The notes: generated by a model from the sequence alone, not told the origin. 63,344 nt of DNA, filler included, from Octopus bimaculoides (GCF_001194135.2; 6 parts of 5 records of this genome joined end to end with filler, not necessarily neighbours in it); one strand, 5' to 3'; numbered from the whole stretch's first letter, positions 39,460 through 52,929 are shown. Numbers and translations: made by a program.

Positions 39460-41250
39460 ATGGAAAATGTCACTGGGTTTGTGATAAATGTAATTCAAAG
39501 TATCAAAGCAGATCTGAAGATGCTTGAACGAATTATTCATAAGATATTCAATGACAACCTACTGATCGGAAGACAAGTAGCTGATTGGAAGAAGATTAAC
39601 GACAAAGCTGCTGGAAGGAATCATTCAGAGATGTTCCGATATTCAGAGATATTCTAATGTTCAAGTGATACAGGACTAAGAGAAGGTGATCAACAAAGAA
39701 AAATGAAGGTAGTTTTGGGAAGATTATAAAATACGTACACAGAAATATTATTTCAGAATGTCGTCTTGAACGGAAATGAAAAAGCATATATGAATAAGTA
39801 CTGAATGAAATAAGTTAAGTAGAAAATGATTTCGTTCTATTAAAATAAATTCAAAAGAATTGGGGAAAATGCGAAAAATTTGGTAATGAAGAGACCAGAA
39901 TGTGTGGTGCAATCATGAATAATGTTAAGAAGAAACTTTGTAAAATAAGAACTAAATCTAAAGTAGCATAAACATAAATTTCTAGAGTGAGATCTTAGAT
40001 TTCAAAAAATATCAATGACTGAACTATTATTTGATTGCTTGAAGAATTCTTCCTGTACGTTAATAATGAAACAAACAGAAACAAATAAATGGCAAAATTA
40101 AGAGTGCTAGAATTGATATTAAATTTGTCAAGGATAATAGAGAAACACTCCATTATTTAGGAAAGTATATGTTAAGAACCATAATTATGCTAAAAGACAT
40201 AGCAATTCATTAATTATTTTCGATATAAATTCTATAATAGATCTTCAAATAATTTTTTTCATACACATCTAAATATACAATACACGAAAGGCTTTCCCAA
40301 CGTATTTACGTTATTTTTCTGAATATCATTACAATATTTTTGTAACAACTGTAATATATCTTAGGTCAATATTTGTCATATATCATTTGTAATACACAAT
40401 GTAGCTTCATATGTAATCATTTTATTACGTTTAATAACGTATTTACATGTCATTCAAACTTCATTGATAACTTTATTCACGGAAACACGCCTAATCGTGA
40501 TTGAATAAATAAGAAACTTTCATTTTTTAAATACTAATTTTGGATTGGCTTCAGAATAACATTTACTTAATAATAAGTTCAATAAATTATCATAACAGTC
40601 CAGGAGAAAAATATCAGCACAAAACACATTCATGTAATGAAAAACATTAAGGTCGAAAATACCAAGAATGAAAATATCATGTCCGACTTAATTGATAAAG
40701 TAGGGCCAATGACTCTCTGTAAACAAATAATTGGCCAACAAAATACGCAAACATACAATGCATCTTTGAATAAAGTCACTATAAAGTGAAAAACGACGAG
40801 TAATATAATAGTTTTAGAGTGTGGAAGCAAAAAAGACTCTGTAACAGAGAGAAAAGTTGAATTAAAAGTGAAATCTTGTATTATAGAAAGAAAAAAAATG
40901 AATTTATCGATATCTCTTGTCAGCAATCTAATGAGACGAGTCAAAGTAATAATAGTGTTTCACAGATGTACAAATAGATTATATAAAGCGAGTTATCCTC
41001 AAACAAACTTCAACTACTAACTGTTCTCTACTCAATCAAGATTCAGATCCTGATAAAGTACTTAAATTGAAACATCCACTAGATCAATATGCAAACAAAA
41101 ATACTGTAGTTAAATTGATTATAACATTGATGCAAACATGGGAGATGTGAATCGGAGAATAAAGGATTGGATGGAAATATCGTATAAAAAGTAAAAACAT
41201 TGGATCTGAATTACTGGATGGTTACCCACATGCAGCTGGAAAGAACCTTG
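39460..41250 (+). pseudogene. Possible decayed coding sequence of unknown identity
   Basis: Purine-rich + strand. The frame from 39460 has one stop in ~106 codons and the frame from 40631 has one stop in ~129 codons, in ~70% AT DNA. No motif recognised. Confidence 0.3.
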
Positions 41251-43353
41251 CCCAATAGTATGTATAACATCCAAAACTTACATTAAACCGGTCGCATTTT
41301 ATAGAACAATAATTTGAACTGAGTAACACGTTTGGATTTAAACTATTTTAGACTAAAACGAAACCAGATATCAAATGCAATTTAATTAAAAATTCTTTTC
41401 TTTCATTCCTTGTGATTTTTATATTCTGTATTTTAGAGACTTGCTACATAAGTTGGTATCATCTTATACAACTTTTCAGTTCATAAACAAATTGAATATG
41501 TAGTTTATTGCGTAACTGTAGAACTGACACTTGAAAACACTCTTTTGCAAAAATGTTACTTAACTCGCTTTGTAACAATAAGGTTCAGCCCCATGCACGG
41601 CACTTTGGGCAAATGTATTCTACTATAACCCCGGGCCAGCCAAAGCTTTGTGAGTGAATTGGATTAAAAGAAACTGTGTTGAAACCCGTCACATGAATGT
41701 GCATGTGTGCGTGTATGCGCGCGCGCGTGTGAATGTGTATGTGTGTGCGTATGCTTGTGTGTGTGTGTGTGTGTCTGTGTGTATGCGCTCGCGTGCGTGC
41801 TTTTGAGTCTGTGTTCGTCTCTTCCTATGCCGCTTGAGAACCGGTATTGGTTTGTTTTTATGTTCCTGAGACTTAACGGCCTGGTAAAAAAATAAATGAT
41901 AGAATAAGTACCAGACTTTAAAATAAGTACTAGAGTCGATCTGCTTGACTAAAACCACACTTCAAGGTGGTGCCCCAGCATGGACGCAGTCTAATGACAA
42001 AACCAAGTAAAAGATAAGATATACATATGTAGAGATTGTTGAAAATGACCAACTTCAGCTACTTAATATAGGTCTAATCTATTATTAACCAGGTTGCTCT
42101 TGTCCATATACTTAAAAGTGTCTTACGTTTCCATAGAGCACAGATCGCACCCGTATTAACTATCTCTATAAGGCTGTGCTTTCCTTATAATATCCCATTT
42201 AAGGCTAAATTCGATTCTGCTTTCCTTCAGCTCCCAAATCTTGCTAGATAAGGACGTACAATTGGCCTTATATTTGAGCCTAAAAGATGAAAAAGGGTCA
42301 TTAATACGTTTTTTCATATTTATTGAACATCCTGTATATACAAAGTTACCAGCTACAGTTGTGATAGATTATGTTTTGGGTTAGACATTGGCCTAATAAA
42401 AGACAGTGAGATTTAAACCTACAATTGCAACTAGGAGAATTACTACTATTAATATTATTGATATCAGACACAATAAGATATATGCTTCAACACACGAATT
42501 CACATAGGGAACTACTCGTATACTTGTGTGCAGCTAATATACTTCTCTCCATAACTTTCTGCAACTTTGCGTAGGCCTCTGAGCAGGTATCACCATGAGA
42601 ACTTTCTCTGCCATGGTCAATACGACGATCACACGCTATACACCTTTCTTCCAAGCACTACTGTAAACACTGGAAGTGAGCTACAACGTAAAAAACTTAG
42701 TGCGCATACACAGCAGAGTTCACGGTCAACCTGTGCCAAATAGCTTTATTCTGCGTACTTTATCTTCGTTACTATGACAATAGTCCTGACACTTATTTAT
42801 CAGACTCGTATCGAACTGTACGTATATGAGTGCTCAACACCGCATTAGTGGATAAATATTCTTTATTTGTGGTTTAACCAGACTACTATTGGTTTCATGA
42901 TGAGAGAGATATCTCCCAGCAATTATTCAAGTTTGCCACATGGGACATTGCTATTCGTCTCCATCTTGGGTGAAAACAAAGCAGGTGATGGGTCCTGCAT
43001 GAAATTTCGGAATGTGAAGAGGTTTTATCCCTAATATTTAAAATGCTCGCTTTTGATGTAATAATGTTTAATTTTTCAGTGATGCAAAGTTCGTGTTTTC
43101 TGCCCTGTCCCCTGTATTTGTTGGCCTTTTCGAAAATGCTCCTGGTTATCTTGGGGTTGTTCATATGATTTTGTTGTGCTCTCATTCAAGACAGAGACGA
43201 ACACTAGCGTGTCATGTGGCTCACTCTTGAATAATTGTATAGTTGTGGAGAGTTACCTTTCTCAACATGAAATCATGAAACGAATAACTTGTGTGTGTGT
43301 GTATGTATTCTCTTTCTCTCTCTCGCTCTCTCTCTCTCACTCTCACACACACA

Positions 43354-43476
<123 letters not shown>

Positions 43477-43949
43477 GTTTGTGCGTGTTTATGTATGTGC
43501 TTGGGAGTCAGTGAATGCTGTACGTGTGTGTAAATATACTTGTGTGATCGTCTGTGCAGGAATATCTGTATTAAAAGCTGTAAAATCATTACTCAAGTAT
43601 GCAATACATGTTGACTGTGGAGAGAAGAGTTGCATCAAAAGTGTAATGCAATCGAGATACAACCGAGAAGAGAGCAGTGATCGATAGAAGAAAATTCTTA
43701 CTTCATTGAGAATATGAGACAACTATAATTAAGACGAGTAAGTTAAAAGTAGACGCTGGAGAAAAAGCATCTTAACTCAGTTAAGAACAGCAAATACCAC
43801 CTGACAGACCATAAATCAATAGACATTTGCCTAGGAAAGACAGAGAATTTGTTCCATTAGATCAACAGCTTTAAACTGATAAACCGGACGTATTATAAAT
43901 GATGTTATGACAAAAGAGTGCTCTAATCTCCTTTGTGATCTTTCTTCAG

Positions 43950-44110
43950 TTACTGAAATGTGCTGGGGCAGAATGGCTGAACTTTCAGCCAACTAACAGC
44001 ATTTAATCGAAAAGATACTACAAAATAACAATCCAAAAATCTTATGAAGACGTAATATTGAGGTAGTTGACACCAAAACAAATAAATACGTCTTGAAGTT
44101 GCTATACAAG
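43950..44110 (+). pseudogene. Exon-like segment with two in-frame stops: MAELSAN*QHLIEKILQNNNPKIL*RRNIEVVDTKTNKYVLKLLYK
   Basis: Acceptor tctttcttcAG (43949) and consensus donor AAG|gtaagt (44110/44111). The two stops are each one substitution from a sense codon. Confidence 0.35.
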
Positions 44111-44934
44111 GTAAGTATATTTGCTGTAAATGGTACTGGGAATTATTGATATATTATTAAATCTGAGTTCGATGTTCTTAAGAAGGATTGTAAGTATATT
44201 AACAATAATATTTGGAGTATCTTAGTTCAATTTCTTAAAACAATCCAATAAATCCGCAATTACAAATACGCTGAAAACATTCACATCATATCGAAGTTAT
44301 CATCCATTATGTGTAAGTATTAAGCTGAGGTCTTAGGTTTGCCACGGGTCCTAAGTCTCATAAGGCCAAGACAAATCTTGGTTTCAATGGCGAATAAGTG
44401 ACTGAGATTACATTAACGTTGGTCCGTTACAGTAAACAATATGTACACGAAATTTCATTCACATTTTAGGCTCACGAGAAAGGAATATTATTATATCCTC
44501 CATTTTCCCATGAGTCCACAAAGGGTAACAATAATAACAACAACAACAACAAAATCAACAATTCTCTCTACTGTAAGCACAATACTGAAATTCTGAGTGC
44601 AGGGAGAAGTCGATTACATCAACCCCAGTGTTCGTCTAGTACTAGTTCTTATTTTTATAGACTCGAAAGGATGGAAACCAAATTCGTCCTCAGCAGTATT
44701 TAAATCAACAAAAACAACAATCCTTTTTCCAGCAGGCACAGGACCTGAAATTACGAGAAAGGGAACTAGTGTATTGCATTGACCCCCGTGGTTTGACTGG
44801 TACAATTTTATCGATCCTGATGAAAGGCAAAGTTAATAACGGCGGGATTTAAACTCAGAAAGCAGAAAAACGAATGAAATATCGCTAAGCATTTTGTCTG
44901 ACGTACTTATGACACCAGTGCAAAAAGATTCTGC

Positions 44935-45480
44935 TAGGTCGCTCCTCTGGAACTTCACCATTCAAACTGACAGAAAGATAGATATATTGAAAGATTTCAG
45001 ACAAAAATCATGCCACCTCATTGATATGACTATCTCAATCGACATAAATGTATCTGTCAAGACCTACCAAATACTGAGCAAGTATAATGAACTTGAAATA
45101 GAAATTGACAAAATGTGGAACCTCAAGACTAAAACTATACCTGTTGTCATAGGTGCCCTAGGAATGATAGCAAAAAGGGCTTATTCTTACCTAGCTCAGA
45201 TACCAGGAAACCCCAAAATGGCAGAAATTCAAAAGATAGTGCTCATGGGAACTGTCCTTATCTTACGTAAAATACTGTGTATGTAATCTCAAATTTTAAA
45301 ACAAACTCATAATATTCTTGTTTTCTTAAACGTTCTCTAAGACAATACTATGTGCAAAACCAAATATATGGCAAAACACCAACATGAACTTCTAACTTGT
45401 TGTCTGTTGAGGTCTCTGGGTGCGACTTGGAGTCAACTTGTACAAATACAAAGCAAAAGTCAAACATACTCCTACGTAAA
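44935..45480 (+). mobile_element. R4/Dong-like LINE 3' end
   Basis: LWNFTIQTDRKI...LIDMTISIDINVSVKTYQILSKYNEL...IPVVIGALG...ILRKIL, followed by a 3' UTR shared with the copy at 51280-51830. Confidence 0.88.
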
Positions 45481-45509
45481 ATCAACGTAAATTAAGAGCT
45501 TAGCTGAAA

Positions 45510-47050
45510 AAGAACGGACCTCGTCTCAACCACCTTCTGTCCATGGATGATTTAAAACTGCTTGCAAATATAGTAACTGAAATGGAGAGGCGGGTTGAGA
45601 GTGTGCAAATGTGCAGCAAGGATATAGGGATGGAATTCGGTATCTCGAAGTGTGCAGTGCTTACTTTGAAGTGGGGGGGGACAGTAAATTGTAGGGGCAT
45701 AGAATTGCCAAACGGTGAGAGAATGGAAGACCCGGATGATGATGGGTACAAGTACCTCGGGATCTTGGAGCTGGACAATATTTTGCACAGAAAAATGAAA
45801 GACAAGGACAACAATGCATATTTGAAGCACCTCAAACTTCTCTTGAAATCAAAGCTCAACTCAAGGAACTTCGTAACTGCCATCAACATGTTGCTGTAGT
45901 TCGCTATTGTGCACCCACCCTGAGATAGACACAAGCAGATATTGACCAATTCGATCACACTTACCCGCAAGACAATGACAATGTATGGTGCCCTCCACAA
46001 TAAGGCAAATATACACAGGCTCTACATAGGGAGATAGGGAGAGGTAAGGGTGGATGTAGGCTAATTAGCGTACGGGAGTGCAGCAACAGTGAAAGAAGAA
46101 ACATGGCAGAATATTTGGTAAACAGTAAACAAGACCTGCTACAGTATGCTACTAGTGCAGGAATTAACAAAAATTGTCTTTCGAGTAGTGCTCATGAATT
46201 CCGATCAAGAACAGCCAACGAGAAAGAAAAAACCCTACTCTGTTTGGAATTACATGGTCAGTTCCACTGCGAAACCAACAAATTAAAAGACCAGGAAGCA
46301 TCATCGTGGTGGCTCAACAAGGGTGACCTAAAAAAAAAGAATACTGAAAGCCTAATCATCACCAGGCATTGAATACCAATTCAGCGAAAAAGAATATATA
46401 CCACACAAGTGCATCGGGCCTCTGCAGAATGTGTGGGAAGTGGGTCGAAAGTGCGACTCACATATTTAGTGCTTGTGAAAATCTAGCGCAGAAAGAGTAC
46501 AAGTGTAGACACGACAAAGCCTCCACATGCCGTAAGTATGGATATGAGGCCACAGGTGCTTGGTGCCAACATACACCGGAAAAAGTAATGGACGAAAAGG
46601 GGAAGGCAAAAATCTTCTGGGACTTAGATTTCCAGACAGGCCGGATATAGTAATATTTAGGAGGGAAAAACAAGAGTGCCTAATAATCGACGTAGCAGTG
46701 ACAGGAGATCAACATATTATCATGAAAGAAAGAAAAAATATTGATAAATATGGAGACCTGACAATTGAAATCGCTAAGATGTGGCAGCTACGAGAGTCGA
46801 ACATAAAGGTTATCCCTATTGTCATCGGAGCATTGGGTTCAATACCACCCATTCTGAAAAAAAACATCTGAGTACCTTAAAGATACCCTACAATCTAGAT
46901 GTATTGCAAAAGTCGGCATTATTTGGAACAACATGCATATTGCGTAAAGTACTGACTGTCTGAGGTCCTTGTTGTGACTTGACAAACGGTACAAACCCCC
47001 GGTAGACACAATATCTTCAATCAATAACCTCACGATATTGTATACTGTAC
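45510..47050 (+). mobile_element. 5'-truncated R4/Dong-like LINE (RT C-terminus, zinc knuckle, RLE, 3' UTR), frameshifted
   Basis: NHLLSMDDLKLLA...FGISKCA...YKYLGILE; CRMCGKWVESATHIFSAC...RHDK; RPDIVIF...IIDVAVTGD...IPIVIGALG. Followed by (TAA)n at ~47056-47138. Confidence 0.9.
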
Positions 47051-47053
47051 GAC

Positions 47054-47137
<84 letters not shown>

Positions 47138-47142
47138 CATAA

Positions 47143-47560
47143 GGTGCGGGAGTGGCTGTGTGGTAAGTAGCTTGCTTACCAAACCACATGGTTCTGGGTT
47201 CAGTCCCACTGCGTGGCACCTTGGGCAAGTGTCTTCTACTATAGCCTCGGGCCGACCAAAGCCTTGTGAGTGGATTTGGTAGACGGAAACTGAAAGAAGC
47301 CCGTCGTATATATGTGTATATATATATGTATGTGTATATGTTTATATGTCTGTGTTTGTCCCCCCAACATCGCTTGGCAACCGATGCTGGTGTGTTTATG
47401 TCCCCGTAACTTAGCGGTTCAGCAAAAGAGACCGATAGAATAAGTACTAGGCTTCCAAAGAATAAGTCCTGGGGTCGATTTGGTCGACTAAAAGCGGTGC
47501 TCCAGCATGGCCACAGTCAAATGACTGAAACAAGTAAAAGAGTAAAAGAGAGTAAAAGAG
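47143..47560 (+). mobile_element. Complete composite tRNA-derived SINE (family A, octopus-type)
   Basis: tRNA-like head with box A (tggctgtgtggtaag) and box B (gggttcagtccc), central (TA/TG) microsatellite, tail ending in (agtaaaag)n; many copies in the window. Confidence 0.9.
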
Positions 47561-47643
47561 TAATAATAATAATAATAATAATGAAGAAGAAGAAGAAGAA
47601 GAAGAAGAAGAAGAAGAAGAAGAAGAAGAAGAAGAAGAAGAAG

Positions 47644-47695
<52 letters not shown>

Positions 47696-48518
47696 GCAAC
47701 AACAACATCACCACCAACAACAACAGTATATTAGAAAAATATAGGCAGAAAGCTTGGAATTTGTGGGGAACGGGACGAATCGATTACATTGTTCCTGGTT
47801 TTCAATTGCTACTTATTTCATTGACCCCAAAAATATGAAGGGCAAGGTAAAAGAGAAGGAAAAGTTTCGAAAACCTTTTCATTTGTTTTAAGTTGTCTGA
47901 CAAATACTGACTGGATTTCTAAAATATACCAGGGCTGACATAAAACAACCACAGCGAGTTATCTAGACAGTATCTAGATAGGGCTTTAGTTAGGTCACAG
48001 TTAGGTCACTCGTCATTTACACAATCAGTGAGAGAGTGACTTGTTAAGAACGATTACATTGGGGTTGATATCGTTGACCATAAAGCTAGCGTTGGAGACA
48101 AATAAACTGCAGTGAGAGTTAGTAACCTAGAAGAAAAGATTAGTAAAACATCGCAATCGACGTGCTAACGGTGAGCTCGGCCCTTGATCATTTCTTCAAT
48201 GCGAAATTCCAAGTAGGTGGAGTGAGAGCATGGACTCTTGCACTAAAACACGAGAAAACAAAATCTGGGCGATGGTCCTGACTGGAGGAGGTACAACGTG
48301 GTACAGAACCACGACTCGGTCTTTAATTAAGCACTGATGATTCAGCTTTCACGTTGGTTACCGGAAAACTTTTGAAAACACTTTGTGGAAATTCTTTCCA
48401 AAAGTCCCAACGTCACTGTTTCTTTATATTTTTCTGTACCATTCGGCCTTTTTGTGGATAATAAAGAAAAAACTTTCCTGCTGTTGTTGTTGTCAGTATT
48501 ATTATTTTTATTATTATT

Positions 48519-48553
<35 letters not shown>

Positions 48554-48589
48554 TGTTCAGTAGTCTTATTTTTATAACGTGCTTTCACT

Positions 48590-48806
48590 TCACTACCGAG
48601 CGCAGCTCTGTGCGCCTTGGGTATGTGCTGTGGTTTGCTGTGGTGCTCTTATGTTTACTGTATTGAAAGTGCTTTGCGTAGAATGTGTGCAGTACCCAGT
48701 AGTGCAATTTTCTGTATGTTATATATATTTGTAAGTCCTGGTATTTTTGTTATGTATTTGTCTGAATATTTTTTTATTATACCTAAGGCACCTACTATGA
48801 TAGGAA

Positions 48807-48810
<4 letters not shown>
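48590..48810 (-). mobile_element. Short R4/Dong-like LINE 3' fragment embedded in (TTA)n
   Basis: Minus ORF IPIIVGALGIIKKYSDKYITKIPG...QKIALLGTAHILRKAL; (tta)n tracts lie on both sides. Confidence 0.85.
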
Positions 48811-48874
<64 letters not shown>

Positions 48875-49023
48875 TCCAACAATCGTCTTATCAAAATTCT
48901 GACAAATACTGTAATCTATAATTCAGTCTTGAGTTACAGTTACGTGACATGGTAAACTCACAAGACGCAAACGAGTCATAGAGAATAATCTCAGAAATAT
49001 AATGTGTGTATGTTTCTGCGTGC

Positions 49024-49054
<31 letters not shown>

Positions 49055-49390
49055 TGTATGTGTGCGTATTTATTTGTGGGTGGGTGGTTTGTGGTTTGTG
49101 TATCAGGTATTGTTTCCTTTTTTTTTGAGGGCATATTTATATTTGTACGAATGTATATATATATATGTGTGTTTTATAGTTAATCACTCACTTCAAATAG
49201 TTGGTCATCTTGATCATCAAAGGGGTATCCATCGAGTCGGTTCACCACTTCCGCTACTCCTGAAAAAATATATTTAAATTAGTTCGCATAAATTAAGCAT
49301 TTACTGAAATGGTTGCAGCTCAATATTTGTTCTCTTACTGGGATAAAAATATAGTAAATACGTTTTCATTTAACTCACGGACATACACAC

Positions 49391-49449
<59 letters not shown>

Positions 49450-49874
49450 NNNNNNNNNNNNNNNNNNNNNNNNNNNNNNNNNNNNNNNNNNNNNNNNNNN
49501 NNNNNNNNNNNNNNNNNNNNNNNNNNNNNNNNNNNNNNNNNNNNNNNNNNNNNNNNNNNNNNNNNNNNNNNNNNNNNNNNNNNNNNNNNNNNNNNNNNNN
49601 NNNNNNNNNNNNNNNNNNNNNNNNNNNNNNNNNNNNNNNNNNNNNNNNNNNNNNNNNNNNNNNNNNNNNNNNNNNNNNNNNNNNNNNNNNNNNNNNNNNN
49701 NNNNNNNNNNNNNNNNNNNNNNNNNNNNNNNNNNNNNNNNNNNNNNNNNNNNNNNNNNNNNNNNNNNNNNNNNNNNNNNNNNNNNNNNNNNNNNNNNNNN
49801 NNNNNNNNNNNNNNNNNNNNNNNNNNNNNNNNNNNNNNNNNNNNNNNNNNNNNNNNNNNNNNNNNNNNNNNNNN

Positions 49875-49916
<42 letters not shown>

Positions 49917-49923
49917 CTGTCTG

Positions 49924-49949
<26 letters not shown>

Positions 49950-49958
<9 letters not shown>

Positions 49959-50810
49959 AAAGGAAACTTGGTATCAAATTTTCGACCTATAACCTGTCTA
50001 CCACTAATGTAGAAGTTTATGACCGGTGTCTTGACGGAAGCGTTATACACCCATCTGGAAAGAAATAATCTACTTCCGAAGAACAAAAAGGATGCAGGAA
50101 ACAAAGTAGGGCCGCAAAAGATCACTTATTAGTTGATAAAATGATAATTAGAAATTGCAGATGCAGATTGATGGGACTGGAAGTAGCATGGCTAGATTAC
50201 AAAAAAAGCATATGACATGGTACCACACAGTTGGATAAGTAAAACAATGAGCAAAAATAATGGAGAAAACGGCTTAATTAAAGTATGAAACTTTGGAATA
50301 CTGAATTGATCGAAGGAAAACAAAACTCAGGAAAGTGAACATCAGACATGGAATATTCCAAGGTGATAACTTGGAATTAGTATTAGTATTGGCCATGACA
50401 GCGCTTACTATGATACTACGAAAAATTAAAATTGCTTACGATTTGGGAAAAGGAAATGATCAGATAAATCATCTCTTTTTCATGGATGGTATAAAGGTTT
50501 ATGCGAAAAATGAGAAACAGCTTGAAAGTCTTGTACGTACTATCCGCATTTTCTCAAATGAGGTAGGTATGGAGCTTGGGAGAGAAAATTCCGCTACATT
50601 GAAAATGAAATGAGGAAGATTTGAAAGAAACCAGGGAACTGAAATGCCAAGTGGACAAACGATGAGAGCGGTCGAGAAAGGAGAGAGATATAATTACTTG
50701 GGAATACTGAAAACAAACGGGATAAAAAAAAATGAAACAATGAAACAAATTATCAGTACACAAGGAGAGTCAGAAAATTATAGTAGTCAAAGCTGAATTA
50801 CAAAAATCTT
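49950..50810 (+). mobile_element. R4/Dong-like reverse transcriptase fragment
   Basis: FRPITCLPLM...EQKGCRKQSR...AWLDYKKAYDMVPHSWI; RHGIFQGDNL; INHLFFMDGIKVYA (frameshifted). Confidence 0.88.
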
Positions 50811-51830
50811 ATTCTTTTGTACTCTAGGCACAAGGCCAGAATACCTGATGCCTTAGGTATTCTTACTGATAAATTGCAAGAAAAACCTCTGATTGGCAAA
50901 TACCCAAAGAGAGTTAATAGTGCCGACGTTGACAAAGACCTTAAACATCAATGGTTAATGGCTTCTGGCTTAAAATCTGAAACAGAAGGGTTTGTCATAG
51001 CAGCCCAAGATCAATGCTTACCTACAAGGAACTACCAGGCCAACATATTAAAGAATGGCAGTAGCCCAACATGTCGTGTATGTAAACAACAAAATGAAAC
51101 CATTGATTAAGTTGTCTCCATGTGCAGTCTTTTTGCGCTTACAGAGTATCTCAACAGGCATGATAGAGCAGCACAATATATTCACTGGGTAATTTACAAA
51201 AACCTGGACCTGCCCCATGATAAAAACTGGTGGGAACACAAACCATCTTCAGTGCTTGAAAATGATCACATGTTACACCTCTGGAACCTCACCATTCAAA
51301 CTGACAGAAAAAAACAGATGCGAATAGGCCAAATATTATACTGAAATATTTCAGACAAAAATCATGCTTCCTCATCGATATGACTGTCCCAATCGACATA
51401 AATGTATTTGTCAAGACCGACCAAAAACTGAGCAAGTATAAAGAACTTGAAACAGAAATTGACAAAATGTGGAGCCTCAAGACTAAAACAATACCTGTTG
51501 TAATAGGTGCCTTATGAAAGATAGCAAATTGAGCTAATTCCTACCTAACTCAGATACCAGGAAACCCGGAAATGGCAGAAATTCAAAAGATAGTGCGCGT
51601 GGGAACTGTCCATATCCTATGTAAAATACTGTCTATGTAATCTCAAATTTTAAATCAAACTCAGAATTTTCTCATGTTTTCTTAAACATTTTCTAGAACA
51701 ATACTATTTGCAAAATCAAGTATATGACACCGTGGGCATAGCACCAACATGAACTTATAAGCTTTTATCTCTTGAGGTCTCTGGGTGAGACTTGGAGTCA
51801 ACTTGTACAAAAACAAAGTAAAAGTCAGTC
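50810..51830 (+). mobile_element. R4/Dong-like LINE 3' part (zinc knuckle, RLE, 3' UTR)
   Basis: WLMASGLKSETEGFVIAAQDQCLPTRNY...CRVCKQQNETID; RHDRAAQYIHW; LWNLTIQTDRK. Followed directly by an (AAT)n/(AAC)n tract. Confidence 0.9.
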
Positions 51831-51841
51831 ATATTATAATG

Positions 51842-51890
<49 letters not shown>

Positions 51891-51897
51891 CAATATT

Positions 51898-51930
<33 letters not shown>

Positions 51931-52049
51931 AATGATGATGATAATGATTTCATTTATTTTCTACAAGGGCGAAAGATGTGGGGAACAATACTTAGATAGG
52001 CATAAAGTATGGGTGTTTACATATAATTAAATGATAAAAGAAAGGAAAG

Positions 52050-52575
52050 AAATAAAGTAAGTATATACGGTATAAACTGAAAAAGAATGGAAATATGCTT
52101 AGCGTTCAAAGGGTTTAAAAGAGGGTAGGGAGGATGATAGAGATGTGACTCCCCTGAGACAGGAAGGCTTATAGGGATACAGGAGGAAACCTACTGTCCG
52201 AGATTTCCCTGAAACCCCAGGAGCAATTGTCGTCTTTAATTCCTTTTCTCTGACTCACAGGTCTATACTTAGATAGCTACCATTCACTCTTGCCATTTTC
52301 GCAACTTACATCCACCTTTCAATAAACTCACTTGAGGACAGCACTTTCCTCTTCACTTTCAATTTACTTCTCAAGGAAACTCGAAGAAGTCAATGAGAAC
52401 TCTACCAAAGAGGAATGTATCTCTTCTCATGCTTTTCAGCCTTGTCCACCAAACAACCTCTTTCGCCAAAGCCACCAGGCAAAGGAAAACTGCCATGCCT
52501 GCTCAATTGAAGGAGGGCAGCGGTGCGATCATCACTACAGACTTGCCCTGCAGACGGATCCGTCCCAGTACTGCT
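52050..52575 (-). mobile_element. Second L1/Tx1-clade 3' fragment, related to 17832-18755
   Basis: Minus-strand translation RIRLQGKSVVMIAPLPSF...FLCLVALAKEVVWWTRLK...LIDFFEF..RSKLKVKRKVLSSSEFIERW parallels the intronic copy. Confidence 0.65.
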
Positions 52576-52712
52576 GCTGTAGTCTTCCTTAGAGTGATTT
52601 AGAAATATTAATATTTCTATTTTTGAAAACCAGTGGGTGTGTTCCACTGAATGTATATAAATAAAACTACGAACAGACAGTCAGTAGCGACGTCTGCTGG
52701 GTTCGGCTACTC

Positions 52713-52751
52713 CACATTGAAAAGGGGAAAATACCCCGAAACTAGTCTGTG
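52713..52751 (+). ncRNA. Minimal type I hammerhead ribozyme motif (core degenerate) in a Penelope-like terminal repeat fragment (~52580-52830)
   Basis: CACA-UUGAAAA-GGGG(AAAAUA)CCCC-GAAA-CUAGUC^UGUG. Stem I is CACA/UGUG, stem II is 4 bp, stem III is the palindrome ACUAGU, and the cleavage site is GUC. The core differs from CUGAnGA at two positions. Confidence 0.7.
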
Positions 52752-52929
52752 TATATTTTAAACCAGCAAGGGGAAGCTGCTGAGCTCCCCTGTTCGCAGG
52801 TTATAATGGACACAGGTTTGTGTGTCANNNNNNNNNNNNNNNNNNNNNNNNNNNNNNNNNNNNNNNNNNNNTTAATTAATTAANNNNNNNNNNNNNNNNN
52901 NNNNNNNNNNNNNNNNNNNNNNNNNNNGT

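Noticed and set aside
39860-39910. GKCEKFGNEE, superficially Kunitz-like
   Set aside because: Lacks YGGC/NNF spacing and flanking cysteines, and sits in a stop-containing frame.
47143-47225. tRNA-like A/B box sequences (many copies)
   Set aside because: They are SINE heads continuing into SINE bodies; no complete cloverleaf tRNA gene was found.
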